A DNA stretch of 64,000 nt from Mobula hypostoma (lineage: Eukaryota). This document shows, in pieces, positions 26,772 to 40,062 of this stretch (the stretch's first letter is position 1; each line of letters starts with the position of its first letter). Position numbers and translations under genes: made by a program. Below the pieces are notes generated by a model. The model saw only the letters and a program-made list of their open reading frames with translations, ran no database searches and had not been told where the DNA came from. The DNA lies in contig NC_086107.1 in NCBI RefSeq assembly GCF_963921235.1, positions 113,710,001 through 113,774,000 of the forward strand, written 5' to 3'.

Positions 26772-27630
26772 CTTTATACTTTATACTTTATTGTCGCCAA
26801 ACGTACAATCATCACAGCGATATTTGATTCTGTGCTTCACACTCTCTGGATTAAAGATATTAAATATTATAAATACTAAAATAGTAAAAATTAGTAAATA
26901 TTAAAAATTTAAATTATAAATCATAAATAGAAAATAGAAAAATGGAAAGTATGGTAGTGTAAAAAAAACCGAGAGGCAGGTCTGGATGTTTGGAGGGTAC
27001 GGCCCAGATCCGGGTCAGGATCCGTTCAGCAGTCTTATCACAGTTGGAAAGAAGCTGTTCCCAAATCTGGCTGTACGAGTCTTCAAGCTCCTGAGCCTTC
27101 TCCCGGAGGAAAGAGAGACGAAAAGTGTGTTGGCTGGTTGGGTCGTGTCCTTGATTATCCTGGCAGCACTGCTCTGACACCATGCTGTGTAAAGTGAGTC
27201 CACGGACGGAAGGTTGGTTTGTGTGATGTGCTGCGCCGTGTTCACGATCTTCTGCAGCTTCTTTTGGTCTTGGACGGGACAACTTCCATACCAGGTTGTG
27301 ATGCACCCTAGAAGAATGCTTTGTACGGTGCATCTATAAAAATTAGTGAAGGTTTTAGGGGACAGGCCAAATTTCTTTAGTTTTCTCAGGAAGTAAAGGC
27401 ACTGGTGGGCCTTCTTGGCAGTGGACTCTGCTTGGTTGGACCAGGTCAGGTCATTTGTGATATTGACCCTGAGGAACTTAAAGCTTTTGACCTCTTCCAC
27501 TTGCGCACTACCAAAGTAAATTGGGTCATGCGGTCCGCTACTCCTTCTGAAGTCAACAACCAATTCCTTTCTCTTGCTGACGTTGAGGGATAGGTTATTG
27601 TCTTCGCACCATGCCACCAGGTTCTTAACT
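26772..27630 (-). mobile_element. Young Rex1/Babar LINE 3' fragment inserted in a CR1 fragment
   Basis: Open 200-aa C-terminal ORF (WCEDNNLSLNVSK...NSFFPTVIRLLN) and a (TATAAAG)n tail; a shorter copy lies at about 37272-37555. Confidence 0.8.
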
Positions 27631-28319
27631 TCCTTCTATGTTCCAAAGAATAAAGACCCAACTTGTTCAACCTTTCTCTGTAACTTAGGTGATGAAACCC
27701 AGGTAACATTCGAGTAAATCTTCTCTGTACTCTGTCTATTTTGTTGACATCTTTCCTATAATTCGGTGACCAAAACTGCACGCCACAGTAACACTGACCC
27801 CACACCGTTCGACCCCAGTGACGGAGAGCAGTCACAGATCCTCCGCTCCACACTCTGGGGTCCAACTTTGGGAACAAGTCATTGGAATGCCAAGAAACAG
27901 GCCCGAGTGAGCCCAAAAGGGACTGCGGATAATGTAGAACTGGAGCATGCCCACAAAATGCAGGAGGAGCTCAGCAAGTCAGGCAGCATCTGTGGAGGGA
28001 AATGGACTGTCGATGTTCTCCGGCCTACGACCTCAACTGTTCACTTCTGATCATTGCTGTCACCTCACCTGCTGAGCATTGTAACTGTGAGCAAAGTCAC
28101 TGGAGGGACACTGAAGCTAGTGGGTATAGAGGCCTTCATTCTAACAATAAGAGTTTACCCAATATTACATGACATTTCAATCTGCTGAAGATCCAAGGGG
28201 TAACAGCAGGACAATTCCCTAGTTCCATTGTATCTACAATGCTTCCTTTGAATTGCATACAATTTCACACCGCCTTCTTCGCACCTACACCCAAAATGAA
28301 TGTTAACCCCCACTCAGGA

Positions 28320-28902
28320 CACATCAAAGTTGCTGGTGAACGCAGCAGGCCAGGCAGCATCTCTAGGAAGAGGTACAGTCGACATTTCGGGCCAAGACCC
28401 TTCGTCAGGACTAACTGAAGGAAGAGCTAGTAAGAGATTTGAAAGTGGGAGGGGAGGGGGAGATTCAAAATGATAGGAGAAGACAGGAGGGGGAGGGATG
28501 GAGCCAAGAGCTGGACAGGTGATTGGCAAAAGGGATATGAGAGGATCATGGGACAGGAGGCCCAGGGAGAAAGAAAAGGGCGGGGGGAAACCCAGAGGAT
28601 GGGCAAGGGGTGTAGTCAGAGGGGCAGAGGGAGAAAAAGGAGAAAGAGAGAAAGAATGTGTGTATATAAATAACGGATGGGGTACGAGGGTTTGGTGGGG
28701 CATTAGCAGAAGTTAGAGAAGTCAATGTTCATGCCATCAGGTTGGAGTTTACCTAGACGGAATATAAGGTGTTGTTCCTCCAACCTGAGTGTGGCTTCAT
28801 CTTTACAGTAGAGAAGACCGTGGATAGACATGTCAGAATGGGAATGGGATGTGGAATTAAAATGTGTGGCCACTGGGAGATCCTGCTTTCTCTGGCGGAC
28901 AG
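28320..28902 (-). mobile_element. Penelope-like element 3' fragment
   Basis: GIY-YIG C-terminus (HFNSTSHSHSD...EEQHLIFRLG...GMNIDF) and a pLTR with a hammerhead motif at 28378-28412. Confidence 0.85.
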
Positions 28903-29449
28903 AGCTCTGTCTGTATATGTCTATCCACGGCCTCCTCGTGTTTACGTTAACCCCCACTGATTCTGGGCAGCATTCATGCATATCCAGGCATCTGAGATCT
29001 AAGTGGAGGGTTTCTTTGTTTGTGATTAACCCCAGCCTGCAGCTCCAGGAAACCCATTGTTCTGAGCTGTGTTTTAAATTCCACCTGCAATCCACATTCA
29101 AATCTGAAGAATGGTTGCTGGTGAAATTAGCACTTGCTGTATACCCTAACTCCAGAATATGCCCTAACACTGAGGTCCTCCAGCATTTTCTGTATTTGTG
29201 TGAATCCCTGAGTTTACGCCTGCCTGCTGGGAATTGAGAGGCAGCTGCCGATCATCCGGAATGTGCTGGAATTCCCCCTCAAATCCAGGTCTGAATTTGA
29301 GAGAGATTGAGCGCCGGGGGATACGATACTGAGTCTCTGCAGAGAAAGACTACTCAAGCGTTAAACCACGTGGCCAGGGAAATGCTTTGCGGTGGCGAGG
29401 ACTTCCCTCACCATTTAGCCGGCCCGGTTACTCACTGGGTAGATAACTG

Positions 29450-30180
29450 ACGCAAACACGATGCTGGAAATCCGAAGCAATACACACACAAAATGGTGGA
29501 GGAACTCTCCAGGTCAGGCAGCATCTATGGAAAAGAGTAAATAGTCAACGTTTCGGGCCGAGACCCTTTTCCAGAACTGAGAAGGAAGGGGGTAGATGCC
29601 TGAATAAGGAGGGGGGAGGGGAAAGAGTCTGGCTGGAAGGCGATAGGTGAAACCAGGTGGGTGGGAAAGGTCAAGGACTGGGAAAAAAATGGAATCCAAT
29701 AGGAGAGGAGAGAAATAGGTTGGAGGTTACCCAGATGGAATACAAGCTATTGCTCCTTCACCTGGGGGTGGCCTCTTGGCACAAGAGGAGGCGAAGGATT
29801 GACGTGTTGGAGTGGGAACAGGAATCAAAATTGAAATGTTTGGCCACCCGGAAGTTGCACTTGTGACAGACGGTGCGGAGGTGCTCGATGAAGCGGCCCC
29901 CCAATTTACGACGGGTCTATCAATGTAGAAGTGGCTGCATGGGGAGCACTGGACCCAACAGGCGACCCCAGCAGACTCGCAGGTGAAGTGTGGCCTCATG
30001 GGAAGGACTGTCTGGGGCTCTGAATGGGGGTGAGGGAGGAGGCGATAGGACAGGTGTAGTACTTTGGCTGCTTGCAGGGATAGGTACCAGGAGAGAGATT
30101 ATAGGGGAGGGATGAATGGACAAAGGAATTGCAGAGGGAGAGATCCCTGTGGAAAACGGAGAGATGGGGAAGTAGATGTG
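29450..30180 (-). mobile_element. Older Penelope-like subfamily fragment
   Basis: HFTCESAGVACWVQCSPC remnant and a degenerate pLTR/hammerhead. Confidence 0.7.
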
Positions 30181-31069
30181 ATATTTAAGATGTCCCGTCA
30201 CCCTGCGAAAGCCAAAGACTCTTGTCTCAGCAGGCCAAATGGCGCAGGGATCGTTCCACCAGCCAAACCCAGAATGTGGCCACTCGGCCCTTCGAACCTG
30301 TTCCATCTTCAGTAAAATTCAGTCTGATCAGAGCCTTGCATTTGGTGGCAACAAGAGTACACAGATTAGTTGCTTGTGTAGTAACATATCGTCCTCAGGA
30401 CAGTCATGCAGTGTCTCACCAGATAACTAACAATTAATGGTCACAGAACTGTATCAGCTTTCCACCAAACGACAGCATTAAATCTCTCCAGAATTGTAAC
30501 TGAAAGGACTCCAAATAACAACCAACTGCAGCAGCTGCCACAGTGTGGCACGGCCACCGTCTTTGTCCAAGCGAGAAAGTGACGGACGTTGTCGTAGCTA
30601 GAGGCTTGGGCATTTATGTATTCATGACGGAATGGGCCATGGTGATTTTGGAACTGGGGGCTCTCCGCAGCTGTCTGCCAATTTCCGCCTGGCCAAATTG
30701 CAACAGCTTCCTAGCATAATCGTGGATACGAGAGATTCTGCGGACGCTGGAAGTCCAGAGCAACACAAACAAAATGCTGGAGGAACTCAGCAGGTCAGGC
30801 AGCATCTGTGGAAAGGAATAAACAGTCGACATTTCAGGTCGAGACCCTTTCAGTCCTAAAGAAGGGTCTTGGTCAGTATTTCTCTGTTTCTCCCACCTCC
30901 CTTTCTCCCCCAGTTTCACCACTGTTTCTCTCCCTTTTACTCCCCTTATTTCTGACACCTGTTTCTCCTCCATTTCCCCTGTTCCTGCCCCCCTTTCTCC
31001 CCACTGTTTATCCTGTGATGGTTCACCTTTCCCCTCGTTCTCCACTCCCATTTCCCCCAACTTTCAGAG

Positions 31070-33490
31070 CCAGCATGGTCAGTGTTAAACCCAGTGTGGT
31101 CAGTGTCTGACCAGTGTAGTCAGTGTTAAACTCAGTGTAGTCAGTGTTAAACTCAGTGTAGTCAGTGTCTGACCAGTGTAGTCAGTGTCTGACCAGTGTA
31201 GTCAGTGTTAAACTCAGTGTAGTCAGTGTCTGACCAGTGTAGTCAGTGTTAAACTCAGTGTAGTCAGTGTTAAACTCAGTGTAGTCAGTGTCTGACCAGT
31301 GTAGTCAGTGTTAAACTCAGTGTAGTCAGTGTTAAACTCAGTGTAGTCAGTGTTAAACTCAGTGTAGTCAGTGTCTGACCAGTGTAGTCAGTGTTAAACC
31401 CAGTGTGGTCAGTGTTAAACTCAGTGTAGTCAGTGTTAAACCCAGTGTGGTCAGTGTCTGACCAGTGTAGTCAGTGTTAAACTCAGTGTAGTCAGTGTTA
31501 AACCCAGTGTGGTCAGTGTCTGACCAGTGTAGTCAGTGTTAAACCCAGTGTGGTCAGTGTTAAACTCAGTGTAGTCAGTGTTAAACCCAGTGTGGTCAGT
31601 GTCTGACCAGTGTAGTCAGTGTTAAACTCAGTGTAGTCAGTGTTAAACCCAGTGTGGTCAGTGTCTGACCAGTGTAGTCAGTGTTAAACTCAGTGTAGTC
31701 AGTGTTAAACTCAGTGTAGTCAGTGTCTGACCAGTGTAGTCAGTGTTAAACTCAGTGTAGTCAGTGTTAAACTCAGTGTAGTCAGTGTCTGACCAGTGTA
31801 GTCAGTGTCTGACCAGTGTAGTCAGTGTCTGACCAGTGTAGTCAGTGTTAAACTCAGTGTAGTCAGTGTTAAACTCAGTGTAGTCAGTGTCTGACCAGTG
31901 TAGTCAGTGTCTGACCAGTGTAGTCAGTGTTAAACTCAGCGTGGTCAGTGTTAAACCCAGTGTGGTCAGTGTCTGACCAGTGTGGTCAGTGTTAAACCAC
32001 AATGTGGTCAGTATTGGACCCAGTGTGGGTCAGTGTCAAACCCAGTGTGGTCAGTGTCTGACCAGTGTAGTCAGTGTTAAACCCAGTGTGGTCAGTGTTA
32101 AACTCAGTGTAGTCAGTGTTAAACCCAGTGTGGTCAGTGTCTGACCAGTGTAGTCAGTGTTAAACTCAGTGTAGTCAGTGTTAAACCCAGTGTGGTCAGT
32201 GTCTGACCAGTGTAGTCAGTGTTAAACTCAGTGTAGTCAGTGTCTGACCAGTGTAGTCAGTGTCTGACCAGTGTAGTCAGTGTTAAACTCAGTGTAGTCA
32301 GTGTTAAACTCAGTGTAGTCAGTGTCTGACCAGTGTAGTCAGTGTCTGACTCAGTGTAGTCAGTGTTAAACCCAGCGTGGTCAGTGTTAAACCCAGTGTG
32401 GTTAGTATCAGATGCAGTGTGGTCAGTGTTAAACCACAATGTGGTCAGTATTGGACCCAGTGTGGGTCAGTGTCAAACCCAGTGTGGTCAGTGTCTGACC
32501 AGTGTAGTCAGTGTTAAACCCAGTGTGGTCAGTGTTAAACTCAGTGTAGTCAGTGTTAAACCCAGTGTGGTCAGTGTCTGACCAGTGTAGTCAGTGTTAA
32601 ACTCAGTGTAGTCAGTGTTAAACCCAGTGTGGTCAGTGTCTGACCAGTGTAGTCAGTGTTAAACTCAGTGTAGTCAGTGTTAAACTCAGTGTAGTCAGTG
32701 TCTGACCAGTGTAGTCAGTGTCTGACCAGTGTAGTCAGTGTTAAACTCAGTGTAGTCAGTGTTAAACTCAGTGTAGTCAGTGTCTGACCAGTGTAGTCAG
32801 TGTCTGACCAGTGTAGTCAGTGTTAAACTCAGTGTAGTCAGTGTCTGACCAGTGTAGTCAGTGTTAAACTCAGTGTAGTCAGTGTTAAACTCAGTGTAGT
32901 CAGTGTTAAACTCAGTGTAGTCAGTGTCTGACCAGTGTAGTCAGTGTTAAACTCAGTGTAGTCAGTGTTAAACTCAGTGTAGTCAGTGTCTGACCAGTGT
33001 AGTCAGTGTTAAACTCAGTGTAGTCAGTGTTAAACTCAGTGTAGTCAGTGTTAAACTCAGTGTAGTCAGTGTCTGACCAGTGTAGTCAGTGTTAAACTCA
33101 GTGTAGTCAGTGTTAAACTCAGTGTAGTCAGTGTTAAACTCAGTGTAGTCAGTGTCTGACCAGTGTAGTCAGTGTCTGACCAGTGTAGTCAGTGTTAAAC
33201 TCAGTGTAGTCAGTGTTAAACTCAGTGTAGTCAGTGTCTGACCAGTGTAGTCAGTGTCTGACCAGTGTAGTCAGTGTTAAACTCAGTGTAGTCAGTGTCT
33301 GACCAGTGTAGTCAGTGTTAAACTCAGTGTAGTCAGTGTCTGACCAGTGTAGTCAGTGTTAAACCCAGCGTGGTCAGTGTTAAACCCAGTGTGGTTAGTA
33401 TCAGATGCAGTGTGGTCAGTGTTAAACCACAATGTGGTCAGTATTGGACCCAGTGTGGGTCAGTGTCAAACCCAGTCTGGTCAGTGTTAT
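31070..33490. repeat. Minisatellite of 20/21-bp variant units with higher-order duplications
   Basis: Interspersed units cagtgtagtcagtgttaaact (21 bp), cagtgtagtcagtgtctgac (20 bp) and cagtgtggt variants. Confidence 0.97.
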
Positions 33491-34188
33491 ACCAAACGTG
33501 ATCTGCTTGTTAGTACCTGGCCTTGTCAAAATCCTCTGTGCAACATTAAATAGACGCCTAATCCACCAGCCAGATCCCTCCCTGGCACAGGAGGTGATCA
33601 ATAATCCCGGACTCCCTGTGACTGTGGTTATTAGGGACAGAAGAACCAGGATCTTCCCGGTTCCGGGCTGTGATGGGAAGTCAATCCAGTGTGAATCTGG
33701 AGCTGGCTGATGAGGAGAGTGAAGAACATTGTGTGTGGAACGGGGGGTGGGGGTGAGGTCCGGGAGGCGAGAGGTGATTTAAAAAGGTAGCTTGTCAGCT
33801 TTATGTCTAACCATATATGTACTTTGATAATAAATTTACTTTGAACTTTGAGTGGAGAGCTATGAGGAATGGAGGGGACCTGAGGGAAGGGGCGAATAGG
33901 AAGAGCAAAGCCACGTGGGATGGGAGAGGTGAGAGAGAACCGGCAGGAATCTGTGTCACAAATAATAATTAACAAAGGATCAGCAAAGCAGGCAGCCAGC
34001 AACAGCGGGTGAACAGTGACATTAACCAGGTCAGAGTGGTTTATCTGCTGGCCACTCCCTCCCTGTGGGTGAAACTGAGTTTACAGTGAGTGCAATTGAT
34101 CTGAAAATTCAGAGTGTGTTAGCCGTGAACTGTACATTGCAACATCACAGCCGGGGGAAACGCAGGACATCTGGTCTGACTCAAGGAA

Positions 34189-34195
34189 ATGACAG
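34189..34195 (+). CDS. Candidate start-codon mini coding segment (ATG ACA G|gt) of the CARD gene
   Basis: The sequence gaaATGACAG|gtagtt lies in a non-repetitive island. Its phase 1 fits the acceptor at 60720, giving MTVRKEAMD, the same M1-M8 spacing as human CARD11 MPGGGPEMD (recalled). The donor is weak. Confidence 0.3.
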
Positions 34196-34417
34196 GTAGT
34201 TTCTATCACTTCTGAGGCCTTGATCTCGACAGAGCCTCCTGCAGCCTGGTCGAGATTGTTTAATGGCAGTTCCTGCGTGCAAGTGTAAGGAAAGGAAATA
34301 ATTGTTACTCGGGATCCAAAGCAACACTAAAAATGTGCAATAATATAAATAACACAATAATAATAAAAACATAATAAATATAAATAGATAAAACAGCTTC
34401 TATACATAGAATATTTA

Positions 34418-35300
34418 TTCGACCCCCCATCCCTCCCCACTGATCTCCCTCCTGGCACTTATCCTTGTAAGCGGAACAAGTGCTACACATGCCCTTACAC
34501 TTCCTCCCTTACCACCATTCAGGGCCCCAGACAGTCCTTCCAGGTGAGGCGACACTTCACCTGTGAGTCGGCTGGGGTGATATACTGCGTCCGGTGCTCC
34601 CGATGTGGCCTTCTATATATTGGCGAGACCCGACGCAGACTGGGAGACCGCTTTGCTGAACACCTACGCTCCGTCCGCCAGAGAAAGCAGGATCTCCCAG
34701 TGGCCACACATTTTAATTCCATATCCCATTCCCATTCTGATATGTCTATCCACTGCGTCCTCTACTGTAAAGATGAAGCCACACTCAGGTTGGAGGAACA
34801 ACACCTTATATTCCATCTGGGTAGCCTCCAACTTGATGTCATGAACATCGACTTCTCTAACTTCCGCTAATGCCCCACCTCCCCCTCGTACCCCATCTGT
34901 TATTTATTTATATACACACATTCTTTCTCTCTCTCTCCTTTTTCTCCCTCTGTCCCTCTGACTATACCCCTTGCCCATCCTCTGGGTTCCCCCTCCCCCC
35001 TTTTTCCTTCTCCCTGGGCCTCCTGTCCCATGATCCTCTCATATCCCTTTTGCCAATCACCTGTCCAGCTCTTGGCTCCATCCCTCCCCCTCCTGTCTTC
35101 TCCTATCATTTTGGATCTCCCCCTCCCCCTCCCACTTTCAAATCTCTTACTAACTCTTCCTTCAGTTCGTCCTGACGAAGGGTGTTGGCCCGAAACGTCG
35201 ACTGTACCTCTTCCTGGAGATGCTGCCTGGCCTGCTGTGTTCACCAGCAACTTTGATGTGTGTTGCTTGAATTTCCAGCATCTGCAGAATTCCTCGTGTT
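34418..35300 (+). mobile_element. Penelope-like element, 5'-truncated, with an open GIY-YIG endonuclease domain (34544-34870)
   Basis: GVIY...YIGET...RF.EH...EEQH...MN motifs; pLTR with a hammerhead motif at 35168-35203. Confidence 0.9.
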
Positions 35301-35640
35301 TATGTGTATACATAGATTGACCGTATGTCCATAGAGTGACTGTAGGCTGTACACACGGTGACTGATGGGAAATAATAAAGTCGTGGTGGAGTTAGTGGGT
35401 GGAGGTGTTGATCAGCCTCACTGCTTGGGGACGGAACTGTGCTCGACTCTGGTGGTCCTGCTGTGGATGCTACGTAGCCTCCTCCCTGATGGGGTGGGAC
35501 AAACAGTCCATGAGCAGGGTTACTCAGGGAGAACACAGCTGAACTTGAAACGCGCCACATTGTTTGTCGCCTTTAAGGAAAAACATGAATCAGTTTTATT
35601 TTGCTTTATCTATTTTTTATTCTTTTATTTCGAGATAATT

Positions 35641-35950
35641 GTGGGCACGTGGCCAAGTGGTTAAGGCATTGGACTAGCGACCTAAAAGTTGTGAGTTCGA
35701 GCCCCAGCCGAGGGAATGTGTTGTGTCCTTGAGCAAGGCACTTAATCACACATTGCTCTGTGACGACACTGGTGCCAAGCTGTATGGGTCCTAATGCCCT
35801 TCCGTTGGACAACATCGGTGTCGTGGAGAGGGGAGACTTGCAGCATGGGCAACTGCTGGTCTTCCATACAACTTTGCCCAGGCCTGCGCCCTGGAGAGTG
35901 AAGACTTTCCAGGCGCAGATCCACGGTCTCACAAGACTAACGGATGCCTT
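35641..35950 (+). mobile_element. tRNA-derived CORE-like SINE (copy 3)
   Basis: Same sequence as copy 1, flanked by the near-perfect direct repeat tttatttcg(a/t)gata. Confidence 0.85.
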
Positions 35951-38279
35951 TATTTCGTGATATAACACAGAACAGGCCCTTTGAGCCACTCCGCTCAGCA
36001 CCCCACCAATTTAATCCCTAGCCTAATCACAGGAGAATTTACAATGACCACCTCACCTACTAACCGTTATGTCTTTGGACTGACAGAGGACACCAGAGAA
36101 CCCGAAGGAACCCCACACACACGGGGGGGAACAGACAAATTTTCTTTCAGAGGAAGTCAGAATTGAACTGCAAACGCCAGCGCCCTGAGCCGTAATAGAG
36201 TCCGGCTGACCGCTACGCTCCCATGGTGTTGCAGTCCTGAGAACAGCCCAAGCAACTTCCACAGAGAGTTTCCTTACTCCGAGAACATAGAACGTAGAAC
36301 AGTACAAGAGAGAAACAGGCCATTTGGCCCACAATGTTATGCTGAATGAATTAAGTGAATGGCATCTAATGCCTTCTGCCTGCACTTGGTCCATATCCTT
36401 CAAACTCTGTACATTCCTGTGCCTCTTAAACACCTCTGTGGTATCTGCCTCCAGCACCATTCCTGGCAGCATGTTCGATGCACCCATGACTCTCTGTGTA
36501 AAAAAAAATACCCTGCCCACGTCCTTAACTCTCCCTTAAATGTATGCACTCTACTCTTAGACATTTCAAACTTTGAACAAAGGTATCTAAGCCTCTTGTC
36601 ATCTTATAAACTCCAGTCTATCTACTCCCCTTTGTTCCTCGACCCAGCAAATTGTTTCTTTCCATTGAAATTCAACTTTATTTTAAATCATTTCTAAACT
36701 TGTGGTAATAAAAACTAGAACGGATGCTGTTGGCAAAACTCAGTGAAGGTAGTTTGGTTTGGTTGCTCATTGTCAAATCAGGTCCAAGTTGTTGTCATTC
36801 GGAATGTATACCACCAAACGAAACGATGTTCCTCCAGACCAGGGTGCAAGACACAGTACACAACACTCAGAGTAATATTAACACAAATCAAGTAACGAAT
36901 ACATTTACAACACAAGTTCAAAAGCGCTTCGTACATGATGAGACCTGGGTGGTGACAGGGAGTTCAGTAATCTCACGGCCTGAGGGAAGAAGCTGTTTCC
37001 CATCCTGACCGTTCTTGTCCTGATGCTACGGTGCCTCCGGCCTGGTGGTAGGGGGTCAAAGTGATTGACGGACGGATGGGAGGGATCGTTGGCAACGCTA
37101 AGCCCCTTCCGATTGCAGCACTTCTGATAAATGTCTCTAACGGGTGGAAGAGAGACCGTGATGACCCTCTTGGGCACATATACCAAGAAAAGCTTTCCTT
37201 GCGTATTATTTATTTTTTATCTAGAGATACCACTTGGGTGCCAGGACTTGAGTTATAGGGAAAGGTTGAATATTTTATACTTTATACTTTACTGTCGCCA
37301 AACAATTGATACTAGAACGTACAATCATCACCGCGATATTTGATCCTGTGCTTTCTGCTCCCTGGATTACAAATATTAAATATTAAAAATATTTAAAATA
37401 GTAACAATTAGTAAATATTAAAAATTCAAATTATAAATCATAAATAGAAAATAGAAAAATGGGAAGTAAGGTAGTGCAAAAAATCCGAGAGGCAGGTCCG
37501 GATATTTAGAGGGTACGGCCCAGATCTGGGTCAGGATCCTTTCAGCGGTCTTATCACTCCAGTTAGGACTGGAGCGTAGTAGGATGAGGGGAGATTTAAT
37601 AGAGGTATAAAAGTTATGAAGGTATCGATAGCATAATTGCAAGCAGGTATTTTCCACTGAGGTTGGGTGAGATTAGAACTTGAGGTCATAGGTCAAGTGT
37701 AAAAGGTGAAATGTTTAAGGGGTACATGGGGGGAAATTCTCCATCCAAAACGTGGGACGAGCTGCCAGCGGAAGTGGTGGATGCAGGTTTGATTGCAACA
37801 CTGTACAGAAGTTTGGCTAAGGACATGGATACGAGGGGTATGGGGGGGCTATGGTCCTGGTGCGGGTCGAAGGGACTGGACAGAATAACAGCCTGGCATG
37901 GACTAGATGGGCCGAGGGACCTGTTTCTGCACTGTAATGCTCTGTGACTCTATGAATCTAACCCTGGGGCCACTGGGAATGGATGGCTGGGCACAAATGT
38001 GAGGCAAGCGGGGTGCGGATTCACGAAGCCTTTAAGAATACAATCGGCAGCCCATGGATCTGCCCAGGAGATGGTATTGACAGGGTGTGCGTGTGGCTCC
38101 ATGGAGCACGAGTCTGGAGGTGACTCTGTGTAACACACCGCTTACTGTGTTAAACATTTCACCGAGCAGCACACTGGCCTTGGGAAACACAAGGCAAGTT
38201 TGATTGGCTTGGTTACTGTCTGTGATTGCTGGGGACATGAGAAACACATCTTCATGTCAAATCCAAATTCCAGGCACAA

Positions 38280-40062
38280 GTAGTGGAATGAACACTGATT
38301 TCCATAACTCCTGCTCATTGTTCTCCACTCCCCCTTCTCTCGTTTCCTATTCCCAACTTTGGCTCCCCTCTTGCCCCTTCTCTTCTCCTCACCTGCCTTC
38401 CCTCCTTCCCTTTCTCCCATGGTCCACTCTCCTCTCCTTCTCAGCCCTTTACCTTTTGCACCTATCACCTGCCAGCTTCTTACGTCACCCCCGTTTTCCC
38501 CCTCACCTGACCTCACCTATCACCTGCCAGCTTCTTACGTCACCCCCGTTTTCCCCCTCACCTGACCTCACCTATCACCTGCCAGCTTCTTACGTCACCC
38601 CCGCTTCCCCCTCACCTGACCTCACCTATCACCTGCCAGCTTGTACTCCTTCCCCTCCCCACACCTTCTTGGCCCAAAATCTTGACAGTTTTATCCCCCT
38701 CCTTAGATATCTTCTCGTTCAGCCTTTCACCTCTTCCACCTACACCTCCCAGCTTCTCATTTCATTCTGCCCTCCCCCACCCAGCCACCCACCTCCCCCC
38801 TCACCTGGCCTCACCTATCTCCTGCTTGCTTCTGCGTCTTCCCCTCCCCCACCTCCCTGTCCTAGCCTCTTCCCAAATGACCCGGACTCCAGCAACGACC
38901 ATAGATACCTTCAAAGCCATTGCGCAACCACCAACTGCGACTCCAGCCTTGAACTCCAGGCTGGGTCTTTATGTGCTGCTATTGTGACTCCCGTCTCCCC
39001 TTTCCCCTTCCCCCACCACCACTCTGCAACCCCGTCTCCCTCAGATCCCACCGTCAGCTTCTGGGCCCTCAAAGGCTCCATCTTCCTCTCACCCCAACCC
39101 TCCCCTCTCCACTGACATCCCAGCCTCCCTCCCCCTCCCCCCTCAGATCTCACTTCTTGTCCGTGCTGGGTCTTTACCATCCCCTCCGACCTTCAACTCT
39201 CTGAGGCAGAGCGCTCTGTCCTCAGTAAGGGCCTCACCTTTGTCCCCCTTCGCCCACACCTCAGCAAGTTCCGCGTTCTTCCGCTGTCTCCGTCTCGGAG
39301 CCTACTTCTTCGGCAAGGACCCTCCCACCCCCACCGATGACCCCTTCTCCCGTCTTCAACCCTCCTCCTCTTCATGGACACCCCGCTCTGGTCTTCTGCC
39401 TGCTCTGGATCTCTTTATTGCCAACTGCCGACGGGACATCAACCGTCTCGACTTCACCGCACCTTGTCCCCATTCCAACCTCACTCCTTCGGAACACTCT
39501 GTTCTCCACTCCCTCCGCACTAATCCTAACCTTACTATAAAACCCGCCGATAAGAGGGGTGCTGTTGTAGTCTGGCGTACTGACCTCTACCTTGCCGAGG
39601 CACAGCGACAACTTGCGGATACCTCCTCTTATTTACCCCTCGATCACGACCCCACTAAGGAGCACCAGGCCATTGTCTCCCACACCATCACCGACTTTAT
39701 CTGCTCAGGGGATCTCCCATCCACTGCTACCAACCTTATAGTTCCCACACCCCGCACTTCCCGTTTCTACCTCCTACCCACGATCCACAAACCTGCCTGT
39801 CCTGGTAGACCTATTGTCTCAGCTTGCTCCTGCCCCACCGAACTCGTTTCTGCATACCTCGACACGGTTTTATCCCCCCTTGTTCAATCCCTTCCGACCC
39901 ATGTTCGCGACACTTCTCTCCCTCCCCCTCCCACTTTCAAATCTCTTACTAGCTCTTCTTTCAGTTAGTCCTGACGAAGGGTCTCGGCCTGAAACGTTGA
40001 CTGTACCTCTTCCTAGAGATGCTGCCTGGCCTGCTGCGTTCACCAGCAACTTTGACGTGTGT
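38280..40062 (+). mobile_element. Internally deleted Penelope-like element (5' region, RT N-terminus, jump to the pLTR near 39918)
   Basis: IKPADKRGAVVV, RFYLLPTIHKP.CPGRPIVSAC and LPTHVRDT motifs; hammerhead motif at 39967-40002. Confidence 0.85.
38460..38640. repeat. About 55-bp tandem repeat, roughly 3 copies, in a Penelope-like terminal region
   Basis: cctatcacctgccagcttcttacgtcacccc(c)gttttccccctcacctgacctca is repeated. Confidence 0.85.

Noticed and set aside
31070..33490. CRISPR-like array
   Set aside because: There are no unique spacers and no cas genes, and the context is vertebrate; it is a minisatellite.
38204..39115. 303-aa Pro/Ser-rich ORF as a host gene
   Set aside because: It is an open frame through a pyrimidine-rich, tandemly repeated Penelope-like terminal region.
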